This document shows positions 1 to 7,460 of a stretch of 24,842 nucleotides of DNA, piece by piece. The notes beneath the pieces were generated by a model. It had not been told where the DNA came from. It saw nothing but the letters and a program-made list of their open reading frames with translations, and made no database searches. Position 1 is the first letter of the stretch. Every line of letters starts with the position of its first letter. Origin of the DNA: Candidatus Caldarchaeum sp. (GTDB lineage: Archaea > Thermoproteota > Nitrososphaeria_A > Caldarchaeales > Caldarchaeaceae); the NCBI GenBank assembly GCA_038844785.1, contig JAWBRA010000025.1, positions 1 through 24,842 on the forward strand. Reading direction: 5' to 3'. A program made the position numbers and the translations under genes.

Positions 1-85
1 CCACGAAAACGTTGATGGGTTTTGTGTCGAGCTTCATCTCGCCGATGCCTCTGAAGTTCTCCACATCCAGCCTGTTTATCCACAC
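1..85 (-). CDS. N-terminus of an AAA/SMC-like ATPase (runs off the window)
   Basis: Manual translation from GTG at 85: VWINRLDVENFRGIGEMKLDTKPINVFV(G). This fits the 'I..l.i.NFRgi...l....inv.vG' start that precedes Walker A in AAA_15/AAA_21/SMC-like ATPases. Not in the ORF track. Confidence 0.75.
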   Translation of the reverse strand, partial: MWINRLDVENFRGIGEMKLDTKPINVFV

Positions 86-94
86 GTCCAGCCC

Positions 95-136
95 ATCTAT
101 TGGCTGTGTCTACCAGATATTAATCTATTGGCTGTG
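95..136. promoter_or_regulatory. 14-bp direct repeat (ATCTATTGGCTGTG x2) flanking a TATA-like element upstream of the ATPase gene
   Basis: Exact copies at 95-108 and 123-136, with ATATTAAT (117-124) between or overlapping them, about 33 nt upstream of the minus-strand GTG at 85. The regulatory role is inferred. Confidence 0.5.
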
Positions 137-191
137 GACATTCTCAAGGGATGCTTTAGGTATGGTGGCTGGGGAACGCTGAGACATGCTG

Positions 192-656
192 TCAACCTCG
201 GCTCATCTTTTTCCTGCCTCTTAAAAGAGATGGATGGGTTTTCTCACGCAGGACTGCTAGGTTGAGCAGGAATGCTGAGAAGTAGAACCAGAATACTTGG
301 GGTGCGTCCGTCCTGTTCCATGGGCAGTTGCAGAAGGAGAAGGTGAGCAGGAGGTTGAGGGCTATGAAGGCTCCTGCAGCGGCTGCAGCCCTTGGGAAAA
401 AGCCGAGGACGATCATCACTCCGACAATCGTCTCCGCGGCTGTTACCGCTAAAGTTACGGCCTCCCAGCTCTGCGCGGCTTGTCTGAGGAGGTCTCTGTA
501 GAGGGGCAGGTAGTTTCCATCGGCAGCGGTTTCGAGAAGCGGCTTGACCCATGCTCTGTCCAGCCATCGCTGGCTTGCGAAGAAGAGCCAGAAACCACCC
601 ACCGCTAGACGGAGAAGAAGAGTCCAGAGGTTTGAGAGGGTTGACGAGAGGCTCAT
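192..656 (-). CDS. DoxX/DoxD (TQO small subunit)-like membrane protein
   Basis: LLLRLAVGGFWLFFA start, AETIVGVMIVLGFFPRAAA motif and four hydrophobic segments; contains an unusual CNC motif. Confidence 0.75.
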   Translation of the reverse strand: MSLSSTLSNLWTLLLRLAVGGFWLFFASQRWLDRAWVKPLLETAADGNYLPLYRDLLRQAAQSWEAVTLAVTAAETIVGVMIVLGFFPRAAAAAGAFIALNLLLTFSFCNCPWNRTDAPQVFWFYFSAFLLNLAVLREKTHPSLLRGRKKMSRG

Positions 657-699
657 GGTTTTGGACGCGGTTGTGTGAAGCTATAAATCTATATTTGAT

Positions 700-1170
700 G
701 TGGACGCGGGTGTGGCTATGGTTGGTACGGCCCTGCAGGGGTTTGTTGCTGGGCTGGCGTCGACGGCGCTGATGAGCATCGTCCAGTTCCCTTTCTGGCT
801 GAAATGGTCGACTGTGGGGATTTTAGAGTGGCATGAGAACGTTTGCATCGCCGCCAAGCTGTTGCGGAGAAATGCTGAGGGCTTGCTGGCTCCAAGCTTC
901 GTGCTTCATTTTCTCAACGGCGGCTTGGCTGCGATGTTCTACGCGCTTGCGCTGGATTATTTCAGTTTTTTACAATTTTTGGATGTGTGGGTTTTGGGCA
1001 TTCTGTTAGGAGGGTTTCTTTGGATAGCCACGCTCGCACCCATACACCGGCCCATCACAGGAGTGTCGATAACACGCCATCCGCTTGGAGCAGGGCCTGT
1101 CATGTTGAGCATCGCTGTCCACATGCTTTACGGCCTTTCCACAGCCTACATTACGGATTACATCATATAG
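700..1170 (+). CDS. Conserved-type multi-pass membrane protein of unknown function
   Basis: Four TM-like segments with GLASTALMS, LHFLNG and HMLYG motifs seen in archaeal DUF membrane proteins. Start is GTG 700 or ATG 718. Confidence 0.7.
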   Translation: MDAGVAMVGTALQGFVAGLASTALMSIVQFPFWLKWSTVGILEWHENVCIAAKLLRRNAEGLLAPSFVLHFLNGGLAAMFYALALDYFSFLQFLDVWVLGILLGGFLWIATLAPIHRPITGVSITRHPLGAGPVMLSIAVHMLYGLSTAYITDYII

Positions 1171-1209
1171 CTGCCTCGAAATACATGTTCTACTCATTAG
1201 AAATATATT

Positions 1210-1665
1210 GTGAGCAGGCCGTATGCTGGCATGAAGCCGTTGGTTTACGGAGGGCTGGCTGCAGCAGTCCTCGCAGCAGGCCTGACGGTGATTTTGTTTC
1301 TTCTGCCTTTTCCTCGTGCCGACAGAGGGGGAGAGGTCTTGCTTACGCTGAGCAAGACGGAGCTATACAGGGGTGAGAGAACCCTTACATACACGATAGT
1401 CAACGACTCAAGGTATGTGGTTAGCTTTGGCGAGCCCTACGACATCCAAATCAAGAGGAACGGTGAGTGGGTTTCGGTCGAGTGGATGAAAGACCGTGTG
1501 TGGATACTGATTCTCCACATGCTTGAGCCGGGGCAGGTGTTCAGCAGGAAGGTGGAGCTCCCTCAAGACGTTGAGACGGGAACCTACAGGCTTGTGAAAG
1601 AGGTCGTGGTTGAAGCGACGGGAGAGAAGATGGTCCTCACCGCCGAGTTTGAAGTGGTGAGCTGA
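1210..1665 (+). CDS. Membrane-anchored Ig-like domain protein
   Basis: N-terminal TM helix, then a beta-rich domain (TIVND...FGEPY.IQ...GEW...LEPGQ...GTYRLVKEV...LTAEFEV). Confidence 0.75.
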   Translation: MSRPYAGMKPLVYGGLAAAVLAAGLTVILFLLPFPRADRGGEVLLTLSKTELYRGERTLTYTIVNDSRYVVSFGEPYDIQIKRNGEWVSVEWMKDRVWILILHMLEPGQVFSRKVELPQDVETGTYRLVKEVVVEATGEKMVLTAEFEVVS

Positions 1666-1675
1666 CGATTTACCG

Positions 1676-2545
1676 CTACAGCAGGCCCATACAGGCTTCG
1701 TAGACATACTTCGCCATGCCCAGCGCTTCTTCGGCGTCGGACCGGGTGTAAAGCCTCTCAGGCGGAGTTCCCGTCTCCTCGTCCCCATACATGCTTGGCT
1801 CACGTTCTCTCCGCAGCTTCCTCGAATAGGACGCAAGAGTGTCGATTTTTTCGCTGAAGCCGGGTTTGAACCTGTGACGCTGTTCTTTCAGCAGTGGGCC
1901 TACGTCATGCCATTTGGGAGGCTCGATGCCCGCAAGCCTCAGAGCTGCTTTCAAGCTCAGCTCAACCACTTCCTGACACTGCCTGATTACGTAGGCATGG
2001 CTGCCTTCAGCCAAGGCTTCTTCGGCGTGTTTTATCGGCTCGGCCGCCTGCCTCAAATAGGACTCGGCCATGTCTCTGCTATTTAGCCCGAGTTTGAGGT
2101 CCCAGTACCATAGCCTTCCCCGTCTCACACGTTTTGCACCAAGCTCTTCGAGACGTTTCCTCAGCCGGCTGAGAACCACTGTGAAGAAGCCGTCTCTGTC
2201 GTAGACTATTACTGCGTCGTGAACCATGTCAAGGTAAAGCGGCCTAATCCTGCTTGCTTCATCCCTGTCCAAAAGGATTGGTGAAAAATCTGAAGCCAGC
2301 CCTCTTCTCCGCAGGTCGTCTATCAAGGGCTGCAGGCTTGATTCGGCTTGCATGAAGAGTTCATGGCGGCGTAGCCTGCTCTCAGGCAGCCGGTCAGCAA
2401 CTATGAGAACGTCTATGTCGCTGTCGCTTCTTTCCTCTCCTCTGGCCACGCTGCCATAGAAGACGACCGAGACAAGCCTTTCTCCGAAAAACCTCTGCAG
2501 CTGTTCGACGAGCTTGTCGGCGAGCTGTTTGTATTCTTCCTTCAA
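1676..2545 (-). CDS. Fused minimal nucleotidyltransferase (MNT)-HEPN protein
   Basis: N-half has YGSVARG...SDIDVLIV (pol-beta MNT). C-half has AESYLRQA...QEVVELSLKAAL...PPKWHDV...RREREPSMYG (HEPN). One continuous frame. Confidence 0.85.
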   Translation of the reverse strand: MKEEYKQLADKLVEQLQRFFGERLVSVVFYGSVARGEERSDSDIDVLIVADRLPESRLRRHELFMQAESSLQPLIDDLRRRGLASDFSPILLDRDEASRIRPLYLDMVHDAVIVYDRDGFFTVVLSRLRKRLEELGAKRVRRGRLWYWDLKLGLNSRDMAESYLRQAAEPIKHAEEALAEGSHAYVIRQCQEVVELSLKAALRLAGIEPPKWHDVGPLLKEQRHRFKPGFSEKIDTLASYSRKLRREREPSMYGDEETGTPPERLYTRSDAEEALGMAKYVYEACMGLL

Positions 2546-2613
2546 CCTTCCCGGCCATGTATGCGTAGGCCATGGTAAAACCTTTTTTCCTCCCGCGCAT
2601 CCGTGATTAGCTT

Positions 2614-2700
2614 CTACATCCGAAGAGCGGAGACAGCCACCGCTAGGCCGACGACGACTAAGAGTAGGCCTACAAGCTCGACCAAAAGCCTCCAGCTCAT
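2614..2700 (-). CDS. 28-aa single-TM small protein
   Basis: ATG 2700 preceded by GGGAGGGTG (SD-like); MSWRLLVELVGLLLVVVGLAVAVSALRM*. Confidence 0.45.
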   Translation of the reverse strand: MSWRLLVELVGLLLVVVGLAVAVSALRM

Positions 2701-2788
2701 CGCAACACCCTCCCGATCTTCACAGCATTGTAAAAGTGTTCGCGGAGATAAACCTATAATAGCAAAGCTGTGGGTTGATGTTTGTGGG

Positions 2789-2907
2789 GCGGGGGTAGCC
2801 AAGCCTGGTCAAACAAGCACAGCAGCAAGCTGGCCACGGCCAGCGGCGGCAGGCTCAAGACCTGCTCCCGCAGGGGTTCGTGGGTTCGAATCCCACCCCC
2901 CGCACCA
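2789..2907 (+). tRNA. tRNA-Leu(CAA) with a non-canonical D-loop intron and encoded CCA
   Basis: Acceptor GCGGGGG/CCCCCGC, discriminator A2904, CCA 2905-2907. Anticodon arm GCAGG-CTCAAGA-CCTGC (CAA at 2856-2858). Long variable arm; T arm GTGGG-TTCGAAT-CCCAC. There are 31 extra nt in the D-loop. Confidence 0.95.
2813..2843 (+). other. tRNA intron at about position 21/22
   Basis: Relaxed bulge-helix-loop: GGTC(2807-2810) pairs with GGCC(2838-2841), with 3-nt bulges AAA and AGC. Removal gives a normal D-arm GCCAAGCCTGGTCAACGGC. Borders may be off by 1 nt. Confidence 0.75.
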
Positions 2908-3310
2908 AGGGAGCAGCGTTCACGTACCCGGCGTCTGTGATTTTAGCACTCGAGTGTTGTTGTTTTGTTATACAATCGATGACTTTTGTTTTTAAAGCCG
3001 GTAAGAATGTTGACTAGAGATAGGGTTCTGTGGGAGAAAGATGGTGGGGGTTGGTTGAATGGTTTTTAGAGATTTTTTAGGCAGGAATAACACGTAAAAA
3101 CCTACTCAAAGAAGGGAAGGTTGTGAAATAGCTGGTTGACAACATCTTGGGCCTTTTGGTTCATCTGGCTGGCGAGCTTAATTCTCATCGACTACTTTAA
3201 AATTGCCCGGAAGAGGAAAAAATGGGGGAGGGTTTGACTGGTGGCCCTCTTCCGGGCGTCGTCGGCGGTCATCGGAGTCGTTGTTTTCTCCGCCCAAGGC
3301 TTTCTCCGGG

Positions 3311-3550
3311 TAGCTTGGCAGGCTCAAGACTTGACACCCTATTTGCCGTCGACGGCGCGGGGTTCCGCCGGCGGCCGGGGTGTCTCGGCTGCTCCATCCG
3401 AGGTCATGGGAGAAAGGTTCATAAGCCGCAAACCACCCAAAGCCCCCGGGGGCTCCGGTCCCCGGGTGGTTGGGTGGCCTTCGGCCTCCCCAACCCCTCC
3501 CAGGGATGGTATTCCCCCTTGGAGGCTTTGGGCGGGGGTCTCGCTTGCTT
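3311..3550 (-). ncRNA. Putative omegaRNA/reRNA overlapping the tnpB 3' end
   Basis: GC-rich nested inverted repeats: AACCACCC(3431-3438)/GGGTGGTT(3464-3471), the AGCCCCCGGGGGCT palindrome (3441-3454), GGCCTTCGGCC and GCCGTCGACGGC. Its position at the tnpB 3' end matches known TnpB guide RNAs; boundaries are approximate. Confidence 0.55.
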
Positions 3551-4267
3551 GTTTTCCTAGTTTTGTGCTGGACAGTGTCTGTTCATATTTTCGGAGTTCT
3601 TGTCCTAGGTTGTTGGTTAGGTATTGTAGTCCGCTGGCTACGGCAGCTGTTCTTGCTAGGTTGACTATTGCTATGTTGTCTCTGTCGTCGTTCATTCCGC
3701 AGAACGTGCACTGGACTCTTCGTCTTCCGGCGTCAATCATCATCCTGCTGCATCGTGGGCAGATATGGCTGCTGTACTGGGGTGGAATTTTTAGTATCGG
3801 TATGTTTTTGTTGACGCAGGCTGCTATGATTCTTCTCTGTAGTTTCGCCGGCATCCATGTCGAATACCTAGCTGACGTGTCTGGGTCTTTGCTCTTCAGC
3901 TTTCTTTTCAACGCTTCGTTGTTAAGGTCTTCTATCACTACTGCATCCACCTTTTTTCCAGCAGCCACAACCGCGTGTACGGTGTCGCTAACCCACTGAT
4001 GTTCTCTCGCCTTCAGATACTTGAGCCAGCTACTCGCAGGACGTTTGTGGATGCGCATCGAACGTCTGTTGACTCTTCTGACGAATGATATCAGATGTAC
4101 TGGTCTATGAATCCTCGTTCTGTTCAACACCCTCAAGTAGTCGCCGAGCTCTATCAAGCCTAACGCTACATCGCAGACCCCTATGTCGACTGTCAGCAGC
4201 AGAAGTCTTCCTTTCCCCGCGTATGTTGTCAGTAGCGTTGGCAACGTTCTCGAGGGTGAGAAGCCGT
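3331..4267 (-). mobile_element. Non-autonomous IS200/IS605-like element (tnpB only, ~937 bp)
   Basis: Minus strand reads TTGAC|ACGGCTTCTC...GAGAACGT (TAM-like motif plus a weak hairpin) ... GCCGTCGACGGC palindrome (3345-3356) ... GGTGTCAA|. Removing 3331-4267 joins 3241-3330 in frame with the methyltransferase fragment at 4268. The left boundary is less certain than the right. Confidence 0.55.
3339..4244 (-). CDS. tnpB: N-terminally truncated TnpB (RuvC plus zinc ribbon)
   Basis: RuvC-I LLTVDIG, RuvC-II VVIEDL, PQYSSHICPRC...CTFCG zinc finger and RuvC-III DRDNIAIVNL. RuvC-I begins at about residue 16, so REC/WED are absent. The low-complexity tail overlaps a structured RNA region. Confidence 0.85.
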   Translation of the reverse strand: MPTLLTTYAGKGRLLLLTVDIGVCDVALGLIELGDYLRVLNRTRIHRPVHLISFVRRVNRRSMRIHKRPASSWLKYLKAREHQWVSDTVHAVVAAGKKVDAVVIEDLNNEALKRKLKSKDPDTSARYSTWMPAKLQRRIIAACVNKNIPILKIPPQYSSHICPRCSRMMIDAGRRRVQCTFCGMNDDRDNIAIVNLARTAAVASGLQYLTNNLGQELRKYEQTLSSTKLGKQASETPAQSLQGGIPSLGGVGEAEGHPTTRGPEPPGALGGLRLMNLSPMTSDGAAETPRPPAEPRAVDGK

Positions 4268-4516
4268 GTCAAGCTGTTGGACAGGAAGAAGCCGCTTATC
4301 ATCCAAGGGACCTACCGCTACGTTAGACATCCGCTATACTTAGGCGTGGTGCTGCTGGCGTTTGGCTGTTGGCTGCTGCTGGACTACAGTTTTCTGGCAG
4401 TCTGGGCCGTGCTGTTGCTACTGTGGTTCAACTTCGTTATAGCTCCATTCGAGGAAGCTGAGCTGAAAGCCATCTCCGGCGAAAGTCCCCAAAATGATCC
4501 ACTTCGCAAAAAGTAG
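4268..4516 (+). pseudogene. Isoprenylcysteine carboxyl methyltransferase/PEMT-family remnant
   Basis: LIIQGTYRYVRHPLYLG...PFEEAEL motifs. There is no own start. The C-terminal KVPKMI lies in another frame directly after 'GE', indicating a small deletion or frameshift. Confidence 0.75.
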
Positions 4517-4592
4517 CCCACGCTAAACCGGCTTCGAACATGCACAGATTATCTCACAGCGCAGCGCTGGTGCTGTGAGAGGATGCAGTAGC

Positions 4593-4615
4593 TTAAACCC
4601 GCCAACAGGTTTAAA
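4593..4615 (+). promoter_or_regulatory. Inverted repeat TTAAACC-N8-GGTTTAA overlapping a TTTAAA TATA box
   Basis: Arms at 4593-4599 and 4608-4614; TATA at 4610-4615 lies about 26-30 nt before the HEPN GTG. Candidate operator. Confidence 0.5.
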
Positions 4616-4640
4616 CGGGGCTGTTGGGTTTTCACAGCTG

Positions 4641-5045
4641 GTGGTGGAGCTGGTCTCCAGGGCTAGGGATTGGATGAGACAGGCTGTCAGGGACTTGGCT
4701 CACGCTGAAGCGTCTTTAAGACAAGGTGATTATGAATGGGCTTGTTTCGCTGCTCAGCAGGCTGCTGAGAAGGCTGTCAAAGCCCTGTATGAAAGCAGGA
4801 ACATGGAGGCTTGGGGACATTCTGTGTCCAGGCTACTGGAACATCTTCCAGAAGACCTCAAGCCAGCCCCATCGTTGCTCGACAAAGCCAAGGAGCTGGA
4901 CAGACACTACATCCCCACGAGATACCCCAACCTCCACAGCGAAGGCGCTCCACTAGACTATTATACCAGGAGCGATGCTGAGAGAGCGGTTGAGCAAGCC
5001 CGCGAGGTCGTCGAATTCTGCAGAAGTAAGGGTGTTCAAGCTTGA
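4641..5045 (+). CDS. HEPN domain protein
   Basis: DWMRQAVRDL.HA...YEWACFAAQQAAEKAVKA...WGHSV...LDRHYIPTRYP. Start adjusted to GTG 4641/4644. Confidence 0.92.
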   Translation: MVELVSRARDWMRQAVRDLAHAEASLRQGDYEWACFAAQQAAEKAVKALYESRNMEAWGHSVSRLLEHLPEDLKPAPSLLDKAKELDRHYIPTRYPNLHSEGAPLDYYTRSDAERAVEQAREVVEFCRSKGVQA

Positions 5046-5400
5046 CTACGACGCTGTGATGGGGAAGGTTAGGGACTATGCTCGAAAGCTTGTTGACGGT
5101 GGTTTGGCGGAGCTTGTGGTTTTAATCGGCTCGCTGGCGAAGGGAACCTACACCCCGTTCTCCGACATAGATTTGGTGATAGTGGTGAGGGAGTCGGCGG
5201 AGAAGCCTGTCGACAGAATCCCGCGTTACATCGACCCCAGCCTCCCCCTCGACGTCGAGCCTCTCGTCTTCACGGTTGACGAGTTCATCCAAACACTGAG
5301 AACCAAGCCTTTGTTCAGAGCTGAAGTGACTGAGAATGGACTGTTCTTAGCTGGCGACAGAAGCATGCTACAGAAAACCGCTGAACCAAGCCGTTCTTAA
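4975..5400 (+). CDS. Minimal nucleotidyltransferase (MNT) partner
   Basis: LIGSLAKG...SDIDLVIV...DVEPLVFT; overlaps the HEPN 3' end. Start uncertain (4975 or 4990). Confidence 0.9.
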   Translation: MLRERLSKPARSSNSAEVRVFKLDYDAVMGKVRDYARKLVDGGLAELVVLIGSLAKGTYTPFSDIDLVIVVRESAEKPVDRIPRYIDPSLPLDVEPLVFTVDEFIQTLRTKPLFRAEVTENGLFLAGDRSMLQKTAEPSRS

Positions 5401-5494
5401 ACAACTTGCACTTACATCATAGTTTTTACTTTTTGGAGCGAATAATGACAAAACCTAATATACGGAGGTTACGTATTCTACTTGGGTCTGCCTC

Positions 5495-6031
5495 TTGTTT
5501 TTTGAAGTTGTTCTCCTCGGGAGGGGCGGCCAAGGAGTTGTTACTACGAGCACGATACTTGCTGACGCATTCCTGCGGGATGGAAAATCTGTCCAAGCCT
5601 TTCCTGAGTTCGGCCCCGAGAGAGCCGGCGCCCCTGTGAGAGCGTTTGTCCGCGTCTCAGACCAGCCCATAGAGGTTTACACTCCCGTGGAACAGGCTGA
5701 CGCCGCAATCGTTTTCGACGCCAACCTGCTGAAAAAATTTCCACCGAACAAGATTTTGAAGGACGGGGGGATACTTGTGCTGAACGCTGACGCATCAAGC
5801 CTGGAGCATGAGGATGGCTACAGAGTTTGCAGAATCCCGGCGGCCGCTATAGCAAAGTCTCTTGGAAAACCCCTATCCATCGGCGTAGCCTTGCTGGGTG
5901 CTTTCTCAGCCTTCTCCCGGATAATTCCGGTTGAGAAAGTCTCCGAAGCCGTGGCTGAAAGGCTGAGCGCCGAAGATGTCAGGGTTGTTGAGAGAGGGTT
6001 TGGCGAGGTGGTTGCCGTTGCGGCGGAGTGA
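5495..6031 (+). CDS. porC: Pyruvate/2-oxoacid:ferredoxin oxidoreductase gamma subunit
   Basis: GRGGQGVVT, QAFPEFGPERAGAPVRAFVR. Confidence 0.92.
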   Translation: MFFEVVLLGRGGQGVVTTSTILADAFLRDGKSVQAFPEFGPERAGAPVRAFVRVSDQPIEVYTPVEQADAAIVFDANLLKKFPPNKILKDGGILVLNADASSLEHEDGYRVCRIPAAAIAKSLGKPLSIGVALLGAFSAFSRIIPVEKVSEAVAERLSAEDVRVVERGFGEVVAVAAE

Positions 6032-6281
6032 AACCCTTTCAGCAACCGTCATGGAGCCGGGTTCAACCCGGAACATCGACGTAAGCACATGGCGTACATC
6101 CAAGCCTGTGATAAACTATGAAAACTGCACCAACTGCCTCATCTGCTGGATATACTGCCCCGAGCCAGCCATCCTAGTTGACTCTTCTGGAAAAGTAGCC
6201 ATCGACTACGTGCACTGCAAGGGATGCGGGATATGCGCCGCCGAATGCCCTAGAAAAGCCATAGCTATGGAGGTGGAGTAG
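6018..6281 (+). CDS. porD: Pyruvate/2-oxoacid:ferredoxin oxidoreductase delta subunit (2x[4Fe-4S])
   Basis: EPGS...WRTSKPVI, CTNCLICWIYCP, CKGCGICAAECP. Start set at TTG 6018 after GAGGTG (ATG 6051 is an alternative). Confidence 0.9.
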   Translation: MRRSETLSATVMEPGSTRNIDVSTWRTSKPVINYENCTNCLICWIYCPEPAILVDSSGKVAIDYVHCKGCGICAAECPRKAIAMEVE

Positions 6282-7460
6282 ATGCAGAAGCTTGTCTCTC
6301 CTGTTTTGCTGGCTGGGAACGAGGCCGTAGCGCTTGCCGTGAAGCAGAGCGATGTGGATGTGATAGCAGCCTATCCGATAACGCCGCAGACGACGATAGT
6401 TGAGAGGCTGAGCAAATACGTAGCTGACGGAGAGCTTGCAGCAAGGTTTGTGTCCGTTGAATCAGAGCACTCAGCCCTGAGCGCATGCGTCGGAGCCTCA
6501 GCAGCTGGAGCTAGAACCTTCACAGCAACATCCAGCCAAGGCCTTGCGCTCATGCATGAAGTCATGTACATCGCCGCTGGGATGAGGCTGCCCATAGTAA
6601 TGGCTGTGGCAAACCGAGCCCTCTCAGCCCCCATCAACATACACGGAGACCACTCCGACATAATGGGTTCGAGAGACGCTGGATGGATACAGATTTTCTG
6701 CGAGAACGTGCAGGAGGCATACGACAGAACAATCCAAGCCTACAGGCTCGCCGAAGACGAAAGAGTCCTCCTCCCCGTCGCGGTAAACATAGACGGCTTC
6801 ACACTCTCCCACTGTTACGAGCAAGTCACACCGCTGGAAGACCAAAACGTCGAGAAATATCTTCCAAGAAGGCCGAGACCTGTGCTAGATTTTGAAAACC
6901 CAGTCACCATGGGAGCGTTCTCCTTGACCAACACTTATTTCGAGATCAAGCTCGGGCAGGCGAAGGCGCTTGAGGCTGTGAAAGATGTCTTCAAGAGCGT
7001 TGTGGAACAATATCCCGGCAACAAACATGGCATGGATATGTTGAACGTCTTCAACTCTGAAGCATCCGTCAAGCTAGTTTGCATGGGAAGCATGGCTGGC
7101 ACGCTCCGCCACACCATCAAAACATACGGATACAGGGATTTCGGCGTCGTCAGCGTTAAAATGTTCAGGCCATTCCCGCGCGAGAAGCTTCTCACAGCCC
7201 TGTCTAACGCTGAGCTTATCGCAGTGTTTGACAGAGCGGTTTCGCCCGGCGGAGCAGCCAATCCTCTGGCCTACGACGTGAAAGCAACGCTCTACGACGC
7301 AGGTTTGCGAACCCCTGTCTGGAATGTTGTCTACGGCCTCGGCGGCAGGGAGACAACGACCACCGCTGTGAAATCTCTTCTCACGGAATTGGCTGAGGCT
7401 AGGAGGGAGGGGTTGCAGGCCAGCAGAACCGTTTATCTTCAAGGGGTGGGTCAGCCGTGA
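6282..7460 (+). CDS. porA: Pyruvate/2-oxoacid:ferredoxin oxidoreductase alpha subunit
   Basis: AAYPITPQT, ESEHSA, TATSSQGL, NRALSAPINIHGDHSD, YGLGGR. Confidence 0.95.
   Translation: MQKLVSPVLLAGNEAVALAVKQSDVDVIAAYPITPQTTIVERLSKYVADGELAARFVSVESEHSALSACVGASAAGARTFTATSSQGLALMHEVMYIAAGMRLPIVMAVANRALSAPINIHGDHSDIMGSRDAGWIQIFCENVQEAYDRTIQAYRLAEDERVLLPVAVNIDGFTLSHCYEQVTPLEDQNVEKYLPRRPRPVLDFENPVTMGAFSLTNTYFEIKLGQAKALEAVKDVFKSVVEQYPGNKHGMDMLNVFNSEASVKLVCMGSMAGTLRHTIKTYGYRDFGVVSVKMFRPFPREKLLTALSNAELIAVFDRAVSPGGAANPLAYDVKATLYDAGLRTPVWNVVYGLGGRETTTTAVKSLLTELAEARREGLQASRTVYLQGVGQP

Noticed and set aside
2603-2995. 130-aa ORF
   Set aside because: It spans the tRNA gene and has no protein-like motifs.
3290-3345. 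C/D-box guide RNA targeting tRNA-Leu
   Set aside because: The 14-nt antisense stretch has no adjacent CUGA D box or RUGAUGA C box.
3031-3416. 10-nt repeat TGGGAGAAAG at 3031 and 3407
   Set aside because: Short, with no flanking similarity; compatible with chance.
3241-3999. 252-aa plus-strand ORF
   Set aside because: Antisense shadow of tnpB and its GC-rich RNA. Only its first 30 codons might belong to the interrupted methyltransferase.
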